NCBI GenBank assembly: GCA_964016885.1
Contig: OZ024741.1
Span: 333,126,001 to 333,190,000 of the forward strand
Direction: 5' to 3'
Origin: Eledone cirrhosa
Lineage: Eukaryota
Length of the DNA stretch: 64,000 bases
The notes under the pieces were generated by a model. That model was not told the origin of the DNA. It did not search any database and saw only the letters and a program-made list of their open reading frames with translations. A program made the translations under genes and the position numbers. Below, piece after piece: positions 48,628 to 62,758 of this stretch (position 1 is the stretch's first letter; the number at the start of each line of letters is the position of its first letter).

Positions 48628-49370
48628 AACTTTGCCTTTCATCCTTATGGGGTCGATAAAATAAAGTACCAGTAATACACTGGGATAATTGCTGGCCTTG
48701 TGCCAAAAGTAGAAACAATTATTATTGACAGTATAGACAGAATGTCAGACAACATGCCTTGTAGTATATAGCTACAGCCCTTTACATTCTGAGTTCAAAT
48801 CCTGCCAATGTTAGCTTTGCATTTCATTCTTACAGGGTCAATAAAATAAAGTAACATTAATGCACTGGGGTTGATTTAATTGGCTTTCCCCTCCTCCAAA
48901 ATTGCTGGCTTTGTGCTTAAATTACAGTTGAATCGAGGGGTGGTAGTGTTGTTAGTGTGTCGGATGAAATATATTGCAGTATTTCATTATAGCTGTCAAT
49001 GTTCTGCTTTCAAATCCCACCGATGTCAACTTTGCCTTTCCTCTTTACAGGTTTCATAAAATAAAGCCCTGTCAAGTACAGGGGGGGGGGGGGGTCAATA
49101 TAATTGACTTTCCTTTCCTCACTTCAAAACTGCTGGCGTTGTGCCTAAATTGGGAACTATTTAAGGTGGTGGATTAACAGTATTGGTAGAGTGTCAGGCA
49201 ACTGGCTTTGTGGCATATAGTTACATCCCTTTACATTCTGATTTCAAATTTCCTGCCACAGTTAGCTTTGCCTTTTCTCTTTACAGGGTCAATAAAATAA
49301 AGTACCAGTAATGCATTAGAGTCAATTTAATCAACTTTCCCCTCTCCCAAAATATCTGGCCTTGTGCCTG
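48628..49370 (+). mobile_element. Head-to-tail cluster of four diverged SINE family 2 copies
   Basis: Repeated ctttgcctt/ctttgcatt...ataaaataaag...gctggc(c)ttgtgc units at roughly 200-230 bp spacing. Confidence 0.8.
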
Positions 49371-51119
49371 TTGAATTGATAGAACTTGTAAAGATACTTT
49401 ACAGAGTATACTGCATGCATCTTATTGTGGCACCAGCAATATCACTTTACAGAATGTACTAAGTGCATTTTATCATGTTATCAGCACTACTATATTTCTA
49501 AATGAAATACACTATTTATCTATTTATTTAATTATTTAATCAATGTAAACTTCTATATTGAGCTATAAGCCAATATCTCATACTTCTTACAGTTGAGAAA
49601 CAAAAAACAAGCTAGAGATAAGCGAATATAAAAATATGTATCTCTATTAACTTGGAAGTTAATAAAGATTTTGTATGGATTTTGTGGAATAACAATTTTT
49701 CTCATTATTAATCTGGTTAAAATATCATTTCATGAAATATTTTTACATAAAATTTGGATAGAATGTTTTTAATTTTAACTCTTTCATTAATATATTTCTA
49801 AGGAAAACAACTGACAATTATTTTCAAATAGTTTTGAAAATAATCAAAAAATTTGGAAGAATTTATTAATATGACAGTTGTTTTCATTATCAAGTTGGTA
49901 TTTCAAACATAACTTAAGAAAGATTCCTACATAGAATTATGGTGGAGTGTTTTTAGATAAATACAAACACTTGAAAAATAAAAATGGTTATCTATCATAA
50001 AACCAGGGGCTGCTTCAGGTGGTTTTTGGTATCAGAAAGGTTAAACTGGGATTGGAACATAACTTAACAAAGGTTCTTATAAGAAATTATGATGGAGGGT
50101 TTTAGATAAATATAATCACTTTAAGATAACCAGCTTAGTATTATAAAATGACAGGTGGATTAAGATGGTTTAAATAAATGGTTTCTAATTTAAGCACATT
50201 TTGGTGGGGAGGACCAAAACCGACCTCCTGATCATAACGGGTTCTTTATTTTATAAACACTGGAAGAATAAAAAGCAAAGATAACCTTCATGAGATTTGA
50301 ACTTAGAACATAAAGAGCTGGAACAAATACTGCAAGGCATTTGATACCAATGCTCTAATGGTTAGCGTCAATCTAGAAGCCTAGGGTTTTAAATAAAATA
50401 TGAGCTCTTAAAAATTGGTAATTTTGTAACATAAGAGCAAAGGTGGTTTCAGGTGGGTTTGCTTTCAAAAGGGTTAAGTGTCATTAACTTGGCAGCTAAT
50501 AAAGATGATTATAATAGGGAAAACAAACTCCCCATTCATGAGTCCCCTAAGTAACTTAATAGTTTATACAGTTTTTTTTATAAAGCTGAATCTATTTGTG
50601 ACCTTTAAACCCATCTGTGTGACACGACATGATAGCCATCTTCATCGCAATACAATAATTGAGAAACCAAAGCTGTTATGTACATGATGTTATCAAACAC
50701 GTTGACAAACTTTATAGATTTCTAGACAGGTTCCTTTCCTTTGGGATATTACCCAGAACCAATTATCTGGAGCTCCCAGAATGATAATATTAATGATTCA
50801 AATTCACTTAGATTATTATAGTTTGTTATATACCCTTGGAGAGGGATCTCACAACTCTTTCTTCTTCCTCTCTGTTTTTTTTTCTTTGTTAACTTCTCAA
50901 AATACCTCAAAAATATGCAATCCTCAATATGAGCCAGCGAAAGAGCCTCTATGTGGTTACTTAATTTGCTAGAAATAACAGCAATATATCCTCTAAGTCA
51001 TACCTTCCTCTTAAAAAGTAAAATTAAAAACTTAGAATTATGTGTCCTAGATGATACACTCAGTCTGAAAAAATAACAATATCATTGTCTGCAGAATTTA
51101 GAGCCTTCAACAAAATATT

Positions 51120-51590
51120 GTGTAAGGTTCTGCAGGAGTATGAACTCGATGGATAGCTTCTTGTTGCTCTGATGTCTTTATGTTTACCCTAGTATCTGTG
51201 TTCAGATAAATGGTACTAAATTGGAAATATTCAATGAGTGTGTCCACCAAGGATGCATACTATCACCTCTTCTGTTCATAATCTTCATGGACAGGATTGA
51301 TTTATGCAGCTAGTTTGGAAGTGGTATCAAAACTGGCAGGTGTAGGATCTGTCAGCTGGAATTTATGGATGACATGGTATTTTTAAGTCATCAAAAAGTG
51401 ATCAACATGTACTTGATCGGTTTGCTGCCAAGTACTTCACAACAGGAATGTAAATCAGTGCTACAGAGGCTTAGACACTTGTCCTCTCAAGGAAGCCTTT
51501 AAAGTGCACTCTACATGTGAGTAGAGTTACACTGAAGCAAAGTAACGGGTTCAAGTATCTTGGGACTGTGTTCATGAGTGATGTAGGCTG
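51120..51590 (+). pseudogene. Old, degenerate LINE RT remnant (RTE-like)
   Basis: Broken frames still spell HQGCILSPLLFIIFMDRI, FMDDMVFL, GFKYLGTVFMSD. Confidence 0.7.
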
Positions 51591-52139
51591 AATTAAGTGC
51601 AAGAATTGCAGGAGCTTCAGCATTCAGTCATCAGTAGAAGGGAGGTAGAAAAGCCAAGGGAGGGTGTAAAAGCCAAAATACAAAGTATCAGAACAAGGCA
51701 TCTTGGCCAGCACTCTAACAATTCCATCAATCCACTGTCTTTGTGCTGGCACTATATCTTATCAACTATGAAAGGATGAAAGTTAAAGCCAAGCTCTAGA
51801 AATATTTATTCCTAATCTCGACACAAGACCAACAAATTTTGGGGGATGGAAAAAGTTCATTCAATAAACCACAGTACTGACTAGTATTTTAGATTTTATT
51901 GCCCTCAGAAGAATAAAAGGTAAAGTCAACATCAGCAGGATTTGCAAATACTCAAATAGAATTTTATCCAACATCTCTGCCAATTCTGCCAATCCACAAT
52001 ATGGCAAAGTTTGGACAGGTCTGTATCTTAATATACTACCAGGCTCAATAAACTAAGATCTGACCAAAACAATTTTTTCACAGGTTCAGTGCTTTATCTT
52101 ATATTGTTTTCCTATAGAGAATTTTTTAGAATGGACAGG

Positions 52140-52332
52140 GGTATGTTAACGAAGAAAGACATGGCTATGGTTCTGTCTCTTTAACAAGCTGACTGATATA
52201 TTAGGGGTAGGGATATATTAGTGAAGAAAGACATGACTATGGTTTTGTCTGTTTAACAAGCTGATATATTAGGACCAGGATATATTAGTGAAGAAAGACA
52301 TTACCATTATTCTGTCTGTTTAACAAGCTGAT
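52140..52332. repeat. Three diverged tandem ~66-71-bp units (gaagaaagacat...tttaacaagctga)
   Basis: Units at ~52151, 52223, 52290. Confidence 0.8.
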
Positions 52333-52815
52333 CCTAGAAAACTTCGAAGTCACAATTGCATCTTCTTTTTGAACAATATTAAATTTTACATTTTTGTACT
52401 GAGTTATTCTTCCAATTATATAATATGTGTGGATGTATGTGATTGTATCTGCATGCATATGTATACCCCATCCCCATACATACATATATACAGAAACATG
52501 TATGAAACCTAGTTTCTTTAACTCCACCCACTCCACTGTTTATTTCTGAACTCCTAACTAAAACATGCTGACATTCTTTGGTTGCTAATTAATTTACAGG
52601 TGTGCATTTCAGGTAATGGCTGAAAGCAAACTTCAGTCAAATTAATGACTACTACACTTTTGCTATTATGAATTAGAAAGCAGAAAAAAATTGCTGTATA
52701 TAATTTCAATTTTAATTATATACAGCAAGAATTTAATTATATACACTATAGAATGACAGTCTGTTGTTCTTTTTCCTTTAGCATTATTATCCCTGTTTCC
52801 CATTAACACAATGCA

Positions 52816-52870
<55 letters not shown>

Positions 52871-53149
52871 ATATATATACATTTATATATATATACATTT
52901 ATATATATACACATTTACATATATACACATTTATATATATACACATTTATATATATACACATTTATATATATTTATATATCTATATATATATATATCTAC
53001 ATCTATATATCTATATATATATATATATCTATATATATACACCTATATATATATATACATCTATATATGTATATACATCTATATATGTATATACATCTAT
53101 ATATATATGTATATACATCTATATATATATGTATATACATCTATATACA

Positions 53150-53197
<48 letters not shown>

Positions 53198-53232
53198 TTA
53201 TAAGAATCAAAGAACTGTTCAAAACATTTTTA

Positions 53233-53279
53233 TGCTTACAACTGTTTCCTCCAAACCGAGGTTTGGATTCTTCGGAGCA
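53233..53279 (-). ncRNA. Hammerhead motif (F7) with U4-to-C change
   Basis: Reverse complement: tgct-CCGAAGA-a-tccaaacc-tc-ggtttgga-g-GAAA-cagttg-TA-agca. Confidence 0.6.
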
Positions 53280-53986
53280 ATTTATTAATGAATGAACACT
53301 TATATGACCTCCTTTTCAACCCAAGAGACATACAGATACATATTCAAATATTGTTGCTTGGTGGGTCAACATCCATTACAGCATTTAGTGTGGCAGTACA
53401 CATTTAGAGATTACATTCATATTAAAAGATAAAATCAAAAATACAGGTTAAAATACAACATGAAATTAATGCGATAGGATAGTCATAAGTGGTTATTGAG
53501 TGCAATAGTTACACGTGTGGCAAGCACGTGCATCTTGTTTATATAATGCTATATTGTGGCAGAGTGTTACATGTAATAGAAGCACTTAAACAGGTGATCA
53601 AGAGTGTTAAGGGGGTTGAACTGGTAATGAATTCTTTATATGATTGTTATAGCCTGTGCGTGGAGAAATATTTCAATGTCGATTCTCGCAACGTAACAAC
53701 CTGCTGTATTGAGCTAAAGACCAACAGACTACGATTCTCTAACAGGATCGTCAAACGCCCAATATCGAATCGCCGTGGATTATGTGAGGGGCATATAATC
53801 TGAAAAATACGCTCCCCGGACTGTGAAAATGTTGCTGTGCATGAAATCCATATCATCGCTTTGCTACGCATTTCCAATATTTTTAATGCTTATATTATTT
53901 CTCCACGCACAGGCTATAACAATATATATCAATATATATCTATATCTGTATATATATATATATATATCTATATATATATATATATC

Positions 53987-54019
<33 letters not shown>

Positions 54020-54180
54020 CTATATCTATATGTATATCAATATATATATCTCTATCTATAAAAATATCTATCTATCTATCTATATATCTATATATATATC
54101 TCTCTATATATATCTATATATCTATATATATATCTATATATGTCTATCTATATGTATATATATATCTATCTATAATATAT

Positions 54181-54524
54181 ATCATCATCATCATCATCAT
54201 CATACGTCCGCTTTACCCTGCTTGCAAGGGTGGGACGGGAACTGATTCTGGCTTGCTTTCTACAGCTGGATGTCCTTCCTAACACCTACCTCATTTTACA
54301 GTGAGTGCTGGGTGCTTTTTTGCCGTGGCACCTCCACGACCACTTTGCAGTGGAATGATATGGACCCTAGTCCTATCATCTCATTTCTACAGCTGAGTAA
54401 ACTGAATCAATGTGAAATAAAGTGTCTTGCTCAAGGAAACAACACATCACCCAGTCTGAGAATTGAACTCACAACCTTTTGATTGCAAGGCCAATGCTCT
54501 AAGCACTAAGCCATGTGCCTCCAT
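54181..54524 (-). mobile_element. SINE family 1, full length
   Basis: Co-linear with 1675-2013. Confidence 0.9.
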
Positions 54525-54914
54525 ATATATATAATCTCTATATGTATATATATATCTATATATATGTATATATATATCTATATATATATATATATATATA
54601 TATCTATATATATATGTCTATATATGTGTCTGATGGTAGCTAAGATGCTTCTATAGGTGGTATGCCGGTTGAGCACTCTATGCTCTAACAGAACAGAGTA
54701 TGATATAATAGAAAACGAAAAATCAGTGATGCATCTGAACTCAATTTATTGTGTGTTACAATTGTTTCGCCGGTGGACAGCTCGAGATGTGATCATTGTG
54801 TGGATCTGTTCGATTCTGGACCCGCAGGTTCGACAGACACGTCTAATGATTTCGGAGCATATTCTCTCACTCATTCTGTGAGAGAATTGCAAACTTGACT
54901 GTCACCACAGAATA

Positions 54915-54953
54915 TGAACCTGAAGATTGCGAAAGCATGAAAGTATTTGTTCA
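54915..54953 (+). ncRNA. Minimal hammerhead (family F4) in element ~54628-55070
   Basis: tgaac-CTGAAGA-ttgc-gaaa-gcat-GAAA-gtat-TT-gttca; downstream 115 bp match 2419-2538. Confidence 0.72.
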
Positions 54954-55091
54954 ATTAACACTTAACATTTAATATTCTACCATACTATTTCATTCTAATA
55001 CCATTATACATTTTAAAGGATTGTAAATAAAACGTGTAAATCAGACAAAGTTGTAATTCCTTTTATTAATATATATATATACACATCTACA

Positions 55092-55132
<41 letters not shown>

Positions 55133-55763
55133 ACATCTATATATATATCTACATCTATCTACATCAATATATATATATATATATATATATATACTTATAT
55201 ATACACATATTCATATATGTATACACCTATATATATATGTGTGTGTGTATGTGTGTTTGATACATACATACACACATATATACACATACATCTATATACA
55301 TACATATTTATATACCGATACACATACATACATATCAATTTGTATCATTTCTTTTTTTCTTCTTCTTAATGGGAAATTAAATATCTTAAGGATGATAATA
55401 ATGCTACAATGGAATGAAGGAATGGAAAGAAAAGAAAAGAAATTCTAAAGATAATATTAAAATTGAATCTTAAACTCATTCACCCTTCATTTAAATATTT
55501 TCATTTTACTGACATCATTTATACCCCCAAAGAAAAATCATGGATTTTGTTGTTCTGGAATTCTCTATTTTATGTTTTCTTTAATAAACAAATGTATTAA
55601 TTTTGATTTTGATATCTATAAACATCTGCATTAAAAAAGAAAATGTCAGAATACACACACACACACACATTTGTATATAATTGTATATATGTATACATAA
55701 ACACACACATGTACACAAAAACATAAATATATATATATACACACATATATACACATATATATA

Positions 55764-55806
<43 letters not shown>

Positions 55807-55982
55807 GTGGAAATATATATATATATACATATAAACGCATATACATATATATATATATATATACGTGCACATATATATATACGTGCACATACATATATAT
55901 ATATATATATATACATATAATATAGATATATATATAAATATATAGATATATATATATATAGATATATATATAAATAAATATA

Positions 55983-56328
55983 TCATCATTCATCATCATT
56001 TCATTTTACGTCCGCTTTTCCCTGCTTGCAAGGGTGGGACGGGAACTGATTCTGGCTTGATTTCTACAGCTGGATGCCCTTCCTAACACCAACCTCATTT
56101 ACAGTGAGTGCTGGGTGCTTTTTTGCCGTGGCACCTACACGACCACTTTGCAGTGGAATGATAAGGACCTCAGTCCCTATCATCTCATTTCTACAGCTGA
56201 GTAAACTGGAGCAATTTGAAATAAAGTGTCTTGCTCAAGGAAACAACACACCACCCGGTCTGAGAATTGAACTCACAACCTTTCGATTGCAAGGCCAATG
56301 CTCTAACCACTAAGCCATGTGCCTCCAT
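55983..56328 (-). mobile_element. SINE family 1, full length
   Basis: Co-linear with 1675-2013. Confidence 0.9.
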
Positions 56329-56495
56329 ATATATATAGATATATATAGATATATATATATATATATATCTATATCCAAAATTAAGATAAATCAAAATGAA
56401 TTTAATCTAAATCAAAATTATGGGTGTCAGGCCAGAAAGGCATGCGCCATATCACCCGTAAAATAAGCTCTAAGATTTTAATGAATAGGTCCAAG

Positions 56496-56619
<124 letters not shown>

Positions 56620-56745
56620 ATAAATATATATTTATATATATATATATATAAATATATATATGTATAAATATATATATATATAAATATATATATATAAATA
56701 TATATATGTATAAATATATATTGATATATATATATATAAATAAAT

Positions 56746-56807
<62 letters not shown>

Positions 56808-56817
56808 ATAAATAAAT

Positions 56818-56926
<109 letters not shown>

Positions 56927-56985
56927 TATCATCATCATCGTTTAACGTCCATGTTCCACGCTTGCATGGGTTTATATATTTAAAT

Positions 56986-57018
<33 letters not shown>

Positions 57019-57033
57019 AATATATATATATAT

Positions 57034-58079
57034 AATTCCAAACATGGAAGCATGGCCTAGAATCAAAAGGGCTTAAAATTAACCTGGCTAAGACTAAAGT
57101 TCTAGTTTGTAGGAAAGAAAATAAGGCGACGGTCCCTTCCGGGAAATGGCCATGCTCAGTGTGTAGGAAAGGAATAGGCAGAAACTCCATTTTATGTCCC
57201 AAATGTAAAGTATGGGTGCATAAAAGATGTAGTGGGATCACAGGTAAGCTAACTAACAACATAGATTTTACATATGGCCGGTGCTCTGGTGCAATAAGTA
57301 GCAGCAAATGCCCACAAAATACTAGCTCTTTCAATTGCGCAGAGGGTTCTATAGAAATAGTGGACAGCTTCCGTTACCTGGGTGACAAAATCAGCAGTGG
57401 GGGAGGGTGCTCTGAAAGTACAGTAGCTAGAGTCAGAACTGGATGGAAAAAGTTCAGAGAGCTTATACCACTATTAGTCACTAAAGGGTTCTCCCTAAAA
57501 ATGAAAGGCAGGTTGTACGATGCCTGCATACGAACAGCAATGTTGCATGGCAGTGAGACCTGGGCATTGTGTGCAGAGGATATACGCAGACTAGAGAGGA
57601 ACGAAGCTTGCATGCTCCGTTGGATGTGTAATAGTAACATACGTGAACGGCAAAGCATAAGCGAACTAAGGAAAAAATTAGAAATAAGAGGGATCAGATG
57701 TTGTTTACTCGAGAGAAGGCTACGCTGGTATGGTCACGTGATGCGCATGATAGACGACAGCTGTATAACAAAGTGCAGGGCAATAAAGATAGACGGTAGC
57801 TACGGAGTAGGCAGACCCAGAAAAACCTGGGACGAGCTGATAAATTCCGACCTCACACACTTACACCTCTCCAAGACAATGTCACTGTACCGAGACCTTT
57901 GGCGGTACTCAGTAATAGAGAAGACCCGCCTTACCTAAATACAAAGTAAAACCTATTACAGTCAGTAGGCATCTCTTACAAAATACACCCCCGTCCCACC
58001 ACCCCACCCCATCCACACCGCCCCTTTCAATGTAAAGTTATGTTGGTGCCACAACATCCAGGCCGAAACAAATGAGATT
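57034..58079 (+). mobile_element. RTE-B fragment (RT end, PHD, C-terminus, partial 3' UTR)
   Basis: ORF 57159..57938 is near-identical to the other RTE-B copies; both ends abut (TA)n. Confidence 0.95.
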
Positions 58080-58149
58080 TATATATATATATTTATATAT
58101 ATATATTTATATATATATATATATATATTTATATATTTATATATATATT

Positions 58150-58184
<35 letters not shown>

Positions 58185-58185
58185 A

Positions 58186-58380
58186 TTACTCAGCTGTAGA
58201 AATGAGATTATAGGGACTGGGATCCCGATCATTCGTGGAGGTGCCACGGCAAAAAAGCACCCAGCACTCACTGTAAATGAGGTTGGTGTTAGGAAGGGCA
58301 TCCAGCTGTAGAAATCAAGCCAGAATCAGTTCCCGTCCCACCCTTGCAAGCAGGGAAAAGTGGACGTAACATGAAATGAT
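58186..58380 (+). mobile_element. SINE family 1, 5'-truncated
   Basis: Matches 27155-27360 with an internal deletion. Confidence 0.85.
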
Positions 58381-58593
58381 ATATTTATATATATATATAT
58401 TTATATATATATATATTTATATATATATATATATATATATAAAAATATATATACATATAAAAGTATATATTTATATATATATATAAAAATATATATACAT
58501 ATAAAAATATATATTTATATATATATATAAAAATATATATACATATAAAAATATATATTTATATATATATATAAAAATATATATATATATTTA

Positions 58594-58978
58594 TACAATA
58601 TTAAATAAATGGAAAACTATATTTATAAAACCATATTTATTTCATTATATATATTTCGGGGATATCATATTAACAATATGCTATGCCTTCATCAGACAAA
58701 ATACAATATAAACAGTTTTATAGATAAATATATTCGACATACCGTAATAAACATCAACTTCATTTGAAGAGGTTTACTCTAGCAGACTGCTAGAGTAAAC
58801 CTCTTCAAATGAAGTTGATGTTTATTACGGTATGTCGAATATATTTATCTATAAAACTGTTTATATTGTATTTTGTCTGATGAAGGCATAGCATATTGTT
58901 AATATGATATCCCCGAAATATATATAATGAAATAAATATGGTTTTATAAATATAGTTTTCCATTTATTTAATATTGTA
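58594..58978. repeat. 385-bp palindrome, 192-bp arms, 1-nt spacer at 58786
   Basis: ...tactctagcag-a-ctgctagagta... Confidence 0.95.
58869..58934 (+). ncRNA. Type I hammerhead (family F3); mirror copy at 58638-58703 (-)
   Basis: tattttgt-CTGATGA-agg...cc-GAAA-tatata-TA-atgaaata; differs from 42755 only at the free N7 position. Confidence 0.8.
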
Positions 58979-59270
58979 AATATACTCCAAGTATTTGTCG
59001 AGTGCTTTTATATCAGTTATAAATATTTACTAGTTGTAACCCAACAATTTTAAATATAACTTTACATATATATATTTATATATATATTTATATATATATA
59101 TATAAAAATATATATACATATATATATATATACATATATATATATAAAAATATATATATATATTTATATATATATTTATATATATATATAAAAATATAAA
59201 GAAAAAGAGATGAAATCGAAAATGCAACTGAAGTCTTATTTTTTTAAAAAATATATATATTTATTTGGTT

Positions 59271-59308
59271 CCTTTACCGGTTTCGCAGTTCTTCTGCTTT
59301 TCAAAAGG
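59271..59308 (-). ncRNA. Minimal hammerhead (F8) with U3-A8 core variant, in element ~59200-59775
   Basis: Reverse complement: cctt-TTGAAAA-gcag-aagaa-ctgc-GAAA-ccgg-TA-aagg; all three stems perfect. Confidence 0.7.
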
Positions 59309-59800
59309 TGAGTTGAGATGGAGGGTCTGTGGTTTTTCTCACATCTGGCTGGTCTCTAAATGTTACTTGTTTTATATGGAAAAAGTGGCTCGAAAGCCAG
59401 GTTTTTCGAGAAGTAATTTGATTGCTTTGTCCATAATTATAATAAATTTCGCGCCAGTTCGCGTTACAATAGTTCTTCAAATAAGAGAGGGGGGGGGGGG
59501 TTGTCACAGGTTGTTTTTTCATATATGAGGGTTTGAATTTCTTTTTACTTGAAAAAAGGAGGCTCACGAAGGCTTTTTTTTGGTTGGTTATAAATGAAAT
59601 TTGGCTGTCACGTGAACAAGTTTTCATTACATTTTTGCGCCCTTATTTGGAAAACTATTCTGTAGTCTTTATAGTGAATGTTATGACAACGGAGAGATAG
59701 TGGTCAAGGGAAAAGGGATTGGGAGAAATGTTCTGGTTCAGTGAATAAGGCCAGCTGTCACAGTTCAGGTGTCAGTATAGATATAGATATATATATAGAT

Positions 59801-61618
59801 ATCATCATCAACATCATCATCATCAACATTTAACGTCCGTGTTCCACGCTTGCATGGGTTTGGACGGGGGTAGTCCCACTTGAGGCAAGAGTGATTGTCT
59901 TGCTCGCATAGGACTGTCTGGCAGGTTTTCTACAGTTGGATGCCCTTCCTAACACCAACCACATTTACAGTGTGGGTCTGGGAGGTTTTTACCGTGTTGC
60001 CTACACGGCCACATTACAGCGTGGACTGTGTGTTTTTTTGTCGTGACACCTACACAATCTCATTTGTTTCGGCCTCGATGGCGCGGCACCAACATAACTT
60101 TACATAGAACGGGGTGGTGTGGATGGGGTGGGGACGGGGGTGATGGGACGGGGTGTATTTTGTTAGAGATGCCTACTGGCTGGAGTAGGTTTTACTATAT
60201 ATTTAGGTAAGGCGGGTCTTCTCTGTTACTGAGTACCGCCAAAGGTCTCGGTCCAGTGACATTGTCTTGGAGAGGTGTAAGTGTGTGATGTCGGAGTTTA
60301 TCAGCTCGTCCCAGGTTTTTCTAGGTCTGCCTATTCCGTGACTACCGTCTATCTTTATTGCCCTGCACTTTGTTATACAGCTATTGACTTTCATGCGCAT
60401 CACGTGTCCATACCAACGTAGCCTTCTCTCGAGTAAACAACATCTGATCCCTCTTATCTCTAATTTTTTCCTTAGTTCGTTTATGCTTTGCCGTTCACGT
60501 ATATTACTGTTACACATCCAGCGGAGCATGCAAGCTTCGTTCCTCTCTAGTCTGCGTATATCCTCTGCACACAATGCCCAGGTCTCACTGCCATGCAGCA
60601 TTGCTGTTCGTATGCAGGCATCGTACAACCTGCCTTTCATTTTTAGTGAGAACCCTTTAGCAGCTAATAGTGGTATAAGCTCTCTGAACTTTTTCCAACC
60701 AGTTCTGACTCTAGCTACAGTACTTTCAGAGCACCCTCCCCCACTGCTGATTTTATCGCCCAGGTAACGGAAGCTGTCCACTATTTCTATAGAACCCTCT
60801 GCGCAATTGAAAGAGCTAGTAGTTTGTGGGCACTTGCTGCTACTTATTGCACCAGAGCACCGGCCACATGTAAAATCTATGTTCTTAGTTAGCTTACCTG
60901 TGATCCCACTACATCTTTTATGCACCCATACTTTGCATTTAGGACATAAAATGGAGTTTCTACCTACGCCTTTCCTACACACCGAGCACGACCATTTCCC
61001 AGAAGGGACCGCCGCCTTGTTTTCTTTCCTACAAACTAGTACTTTGGTCTTAGCCAGGTTAATTTTAAGTCCTTTTGACTCTAGGCCGTGCTTCCATGTT
61101 TGGAATTTCTTCTCTAGCTCGGCCATTGATTCCGCTATGAGTGTCAGGTCGTCTGCGTATAGGAGTTCCCATGGGCAGCCTGTCTTGAACTCCTCTGTTA
61201 TAGCCTGAAGGGCAATAATAAATAGTAGTGGGCTGAGAACAGAGCCCTGATGGACGCCAACTTTTACGCTAAACTCTTCACTATATTCGTTGTTAATTCT
61301 AACCTTGCTGACTGTTTCTTTATACATGGCTTGTATAGCCCTCACAAGCCATTCGTCAACGCCTAGTTTTCTAAGAGCCCACCAGATAATGGAGCGGGGG
61401 ACTCTGTCGAAGGCTTTCTCCAAGTCGACAAAAGCTAAGTAGAGGGGTTTACCTTTAGCTAGGTACTTCTCCTGTAGTTGTCGTACTATGAAAAGAGCGT
61501 CTGTGGTACTTTTACCTGACACAAACCCGAACTGCATTTCATCTAGGTCAATTCTCTCTCTGATTAGTTGCGCTATTACTTTTTCCGTGACCTTCATGAG
61601 CTGGTCGATTAATTTAAT
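59801..61618 (-). mobile_element. RTE-B LINE, 5'-truncated, uninterrupted RT-PHD-C-terminal frame, complete 3' UTR
   Basis: ORF 60203..61597 (464 aa) with FVDLEKAFDRV, LLYADDL and the PHD; 3' UTR nearly identical to 44140-44510. Confidence 0.96.
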
Positions 61619-61960
61619 AGATATAGATATATATATAGATATATATATAGATATAGATATATATAGATATATATAGATATAGATATATATATATATAGAT
61701 ATAGATATATATATATAGATATATATAGATATATATATATAGATATATATAGATATATATATAGATATATATAGATATATATATAGATATATATATATAT
61801 ATATAGATATATATATATAGATATAGATATATATATATAGATATATATAGATATAGATATATATATATAGATATATATATATATATAGTTATATATAGAT
61901 ATAGATATATATATATAGATAGATATATATATAGATATATATATATATATATATATATAT

Positions 61961-62098
61961 ATGGTGGCTGCCAACTCGTTTTCGAGTACGGCCACTACTT
62001 TACATCCATGTAGGATAACCCCTACCGAAGCGCTGAACGAGTGTGACTTTTTAGTCCAGCCAGCGACTTGAAACCTCTGGTACAAACACTACACCTGT
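61961..62098 (-). mobile_element. 3'-end copy of the 28089 element
   Basis: Reverse complement of 28515-28652. Confidence 0.85.
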
Positions 62099-62719
62099 AT
62101 AGATATATAGATATATATAGATATAGATATATATATATATATAGATAGATATAGATATAGATATATAGATAGATAGATATAGATATAGATATATATATAT
62201 ATATAGATAGATATAGATATAGATATATAGATAGATATAGATAGATATAGATATTGATAGATATAGATAGATATATATATTGATAGATATAGATAGATAT
62301 ATATATTGATAGATATAGATATATATATATAGATAGATATATATATTGATAGATATAGATATAGATATATCTATATATATATATCTATATCTATCTATCT
62401 AAGGCGGGTAAAATTTCCGAGATCCATGGACGACTTCTCTCCAGCGGCCTCAGTCCCTCATTATCGCTGCCATGTCCTGTATATAGATATATATAGATAT
62501 AGATATATAGATATAGATATATAGATATAGATATATAGATATAGATATATATAGATATATATAGATATAGATATATAGATATATATAGATATAGATATAT
62601 ATAGATATAGATATATATAGATATATATAGATATATTGTTATATTTGGGGAGGGTCATATTTGCGTAATATTGCCAGAATTAATAACAGAACACACTCAC
62701 TGTTTGGTTGGTTTTCGCT

Positions 62720-62756
<37 letters not shown>

Positions 62757-62758
<2 letters not shown>

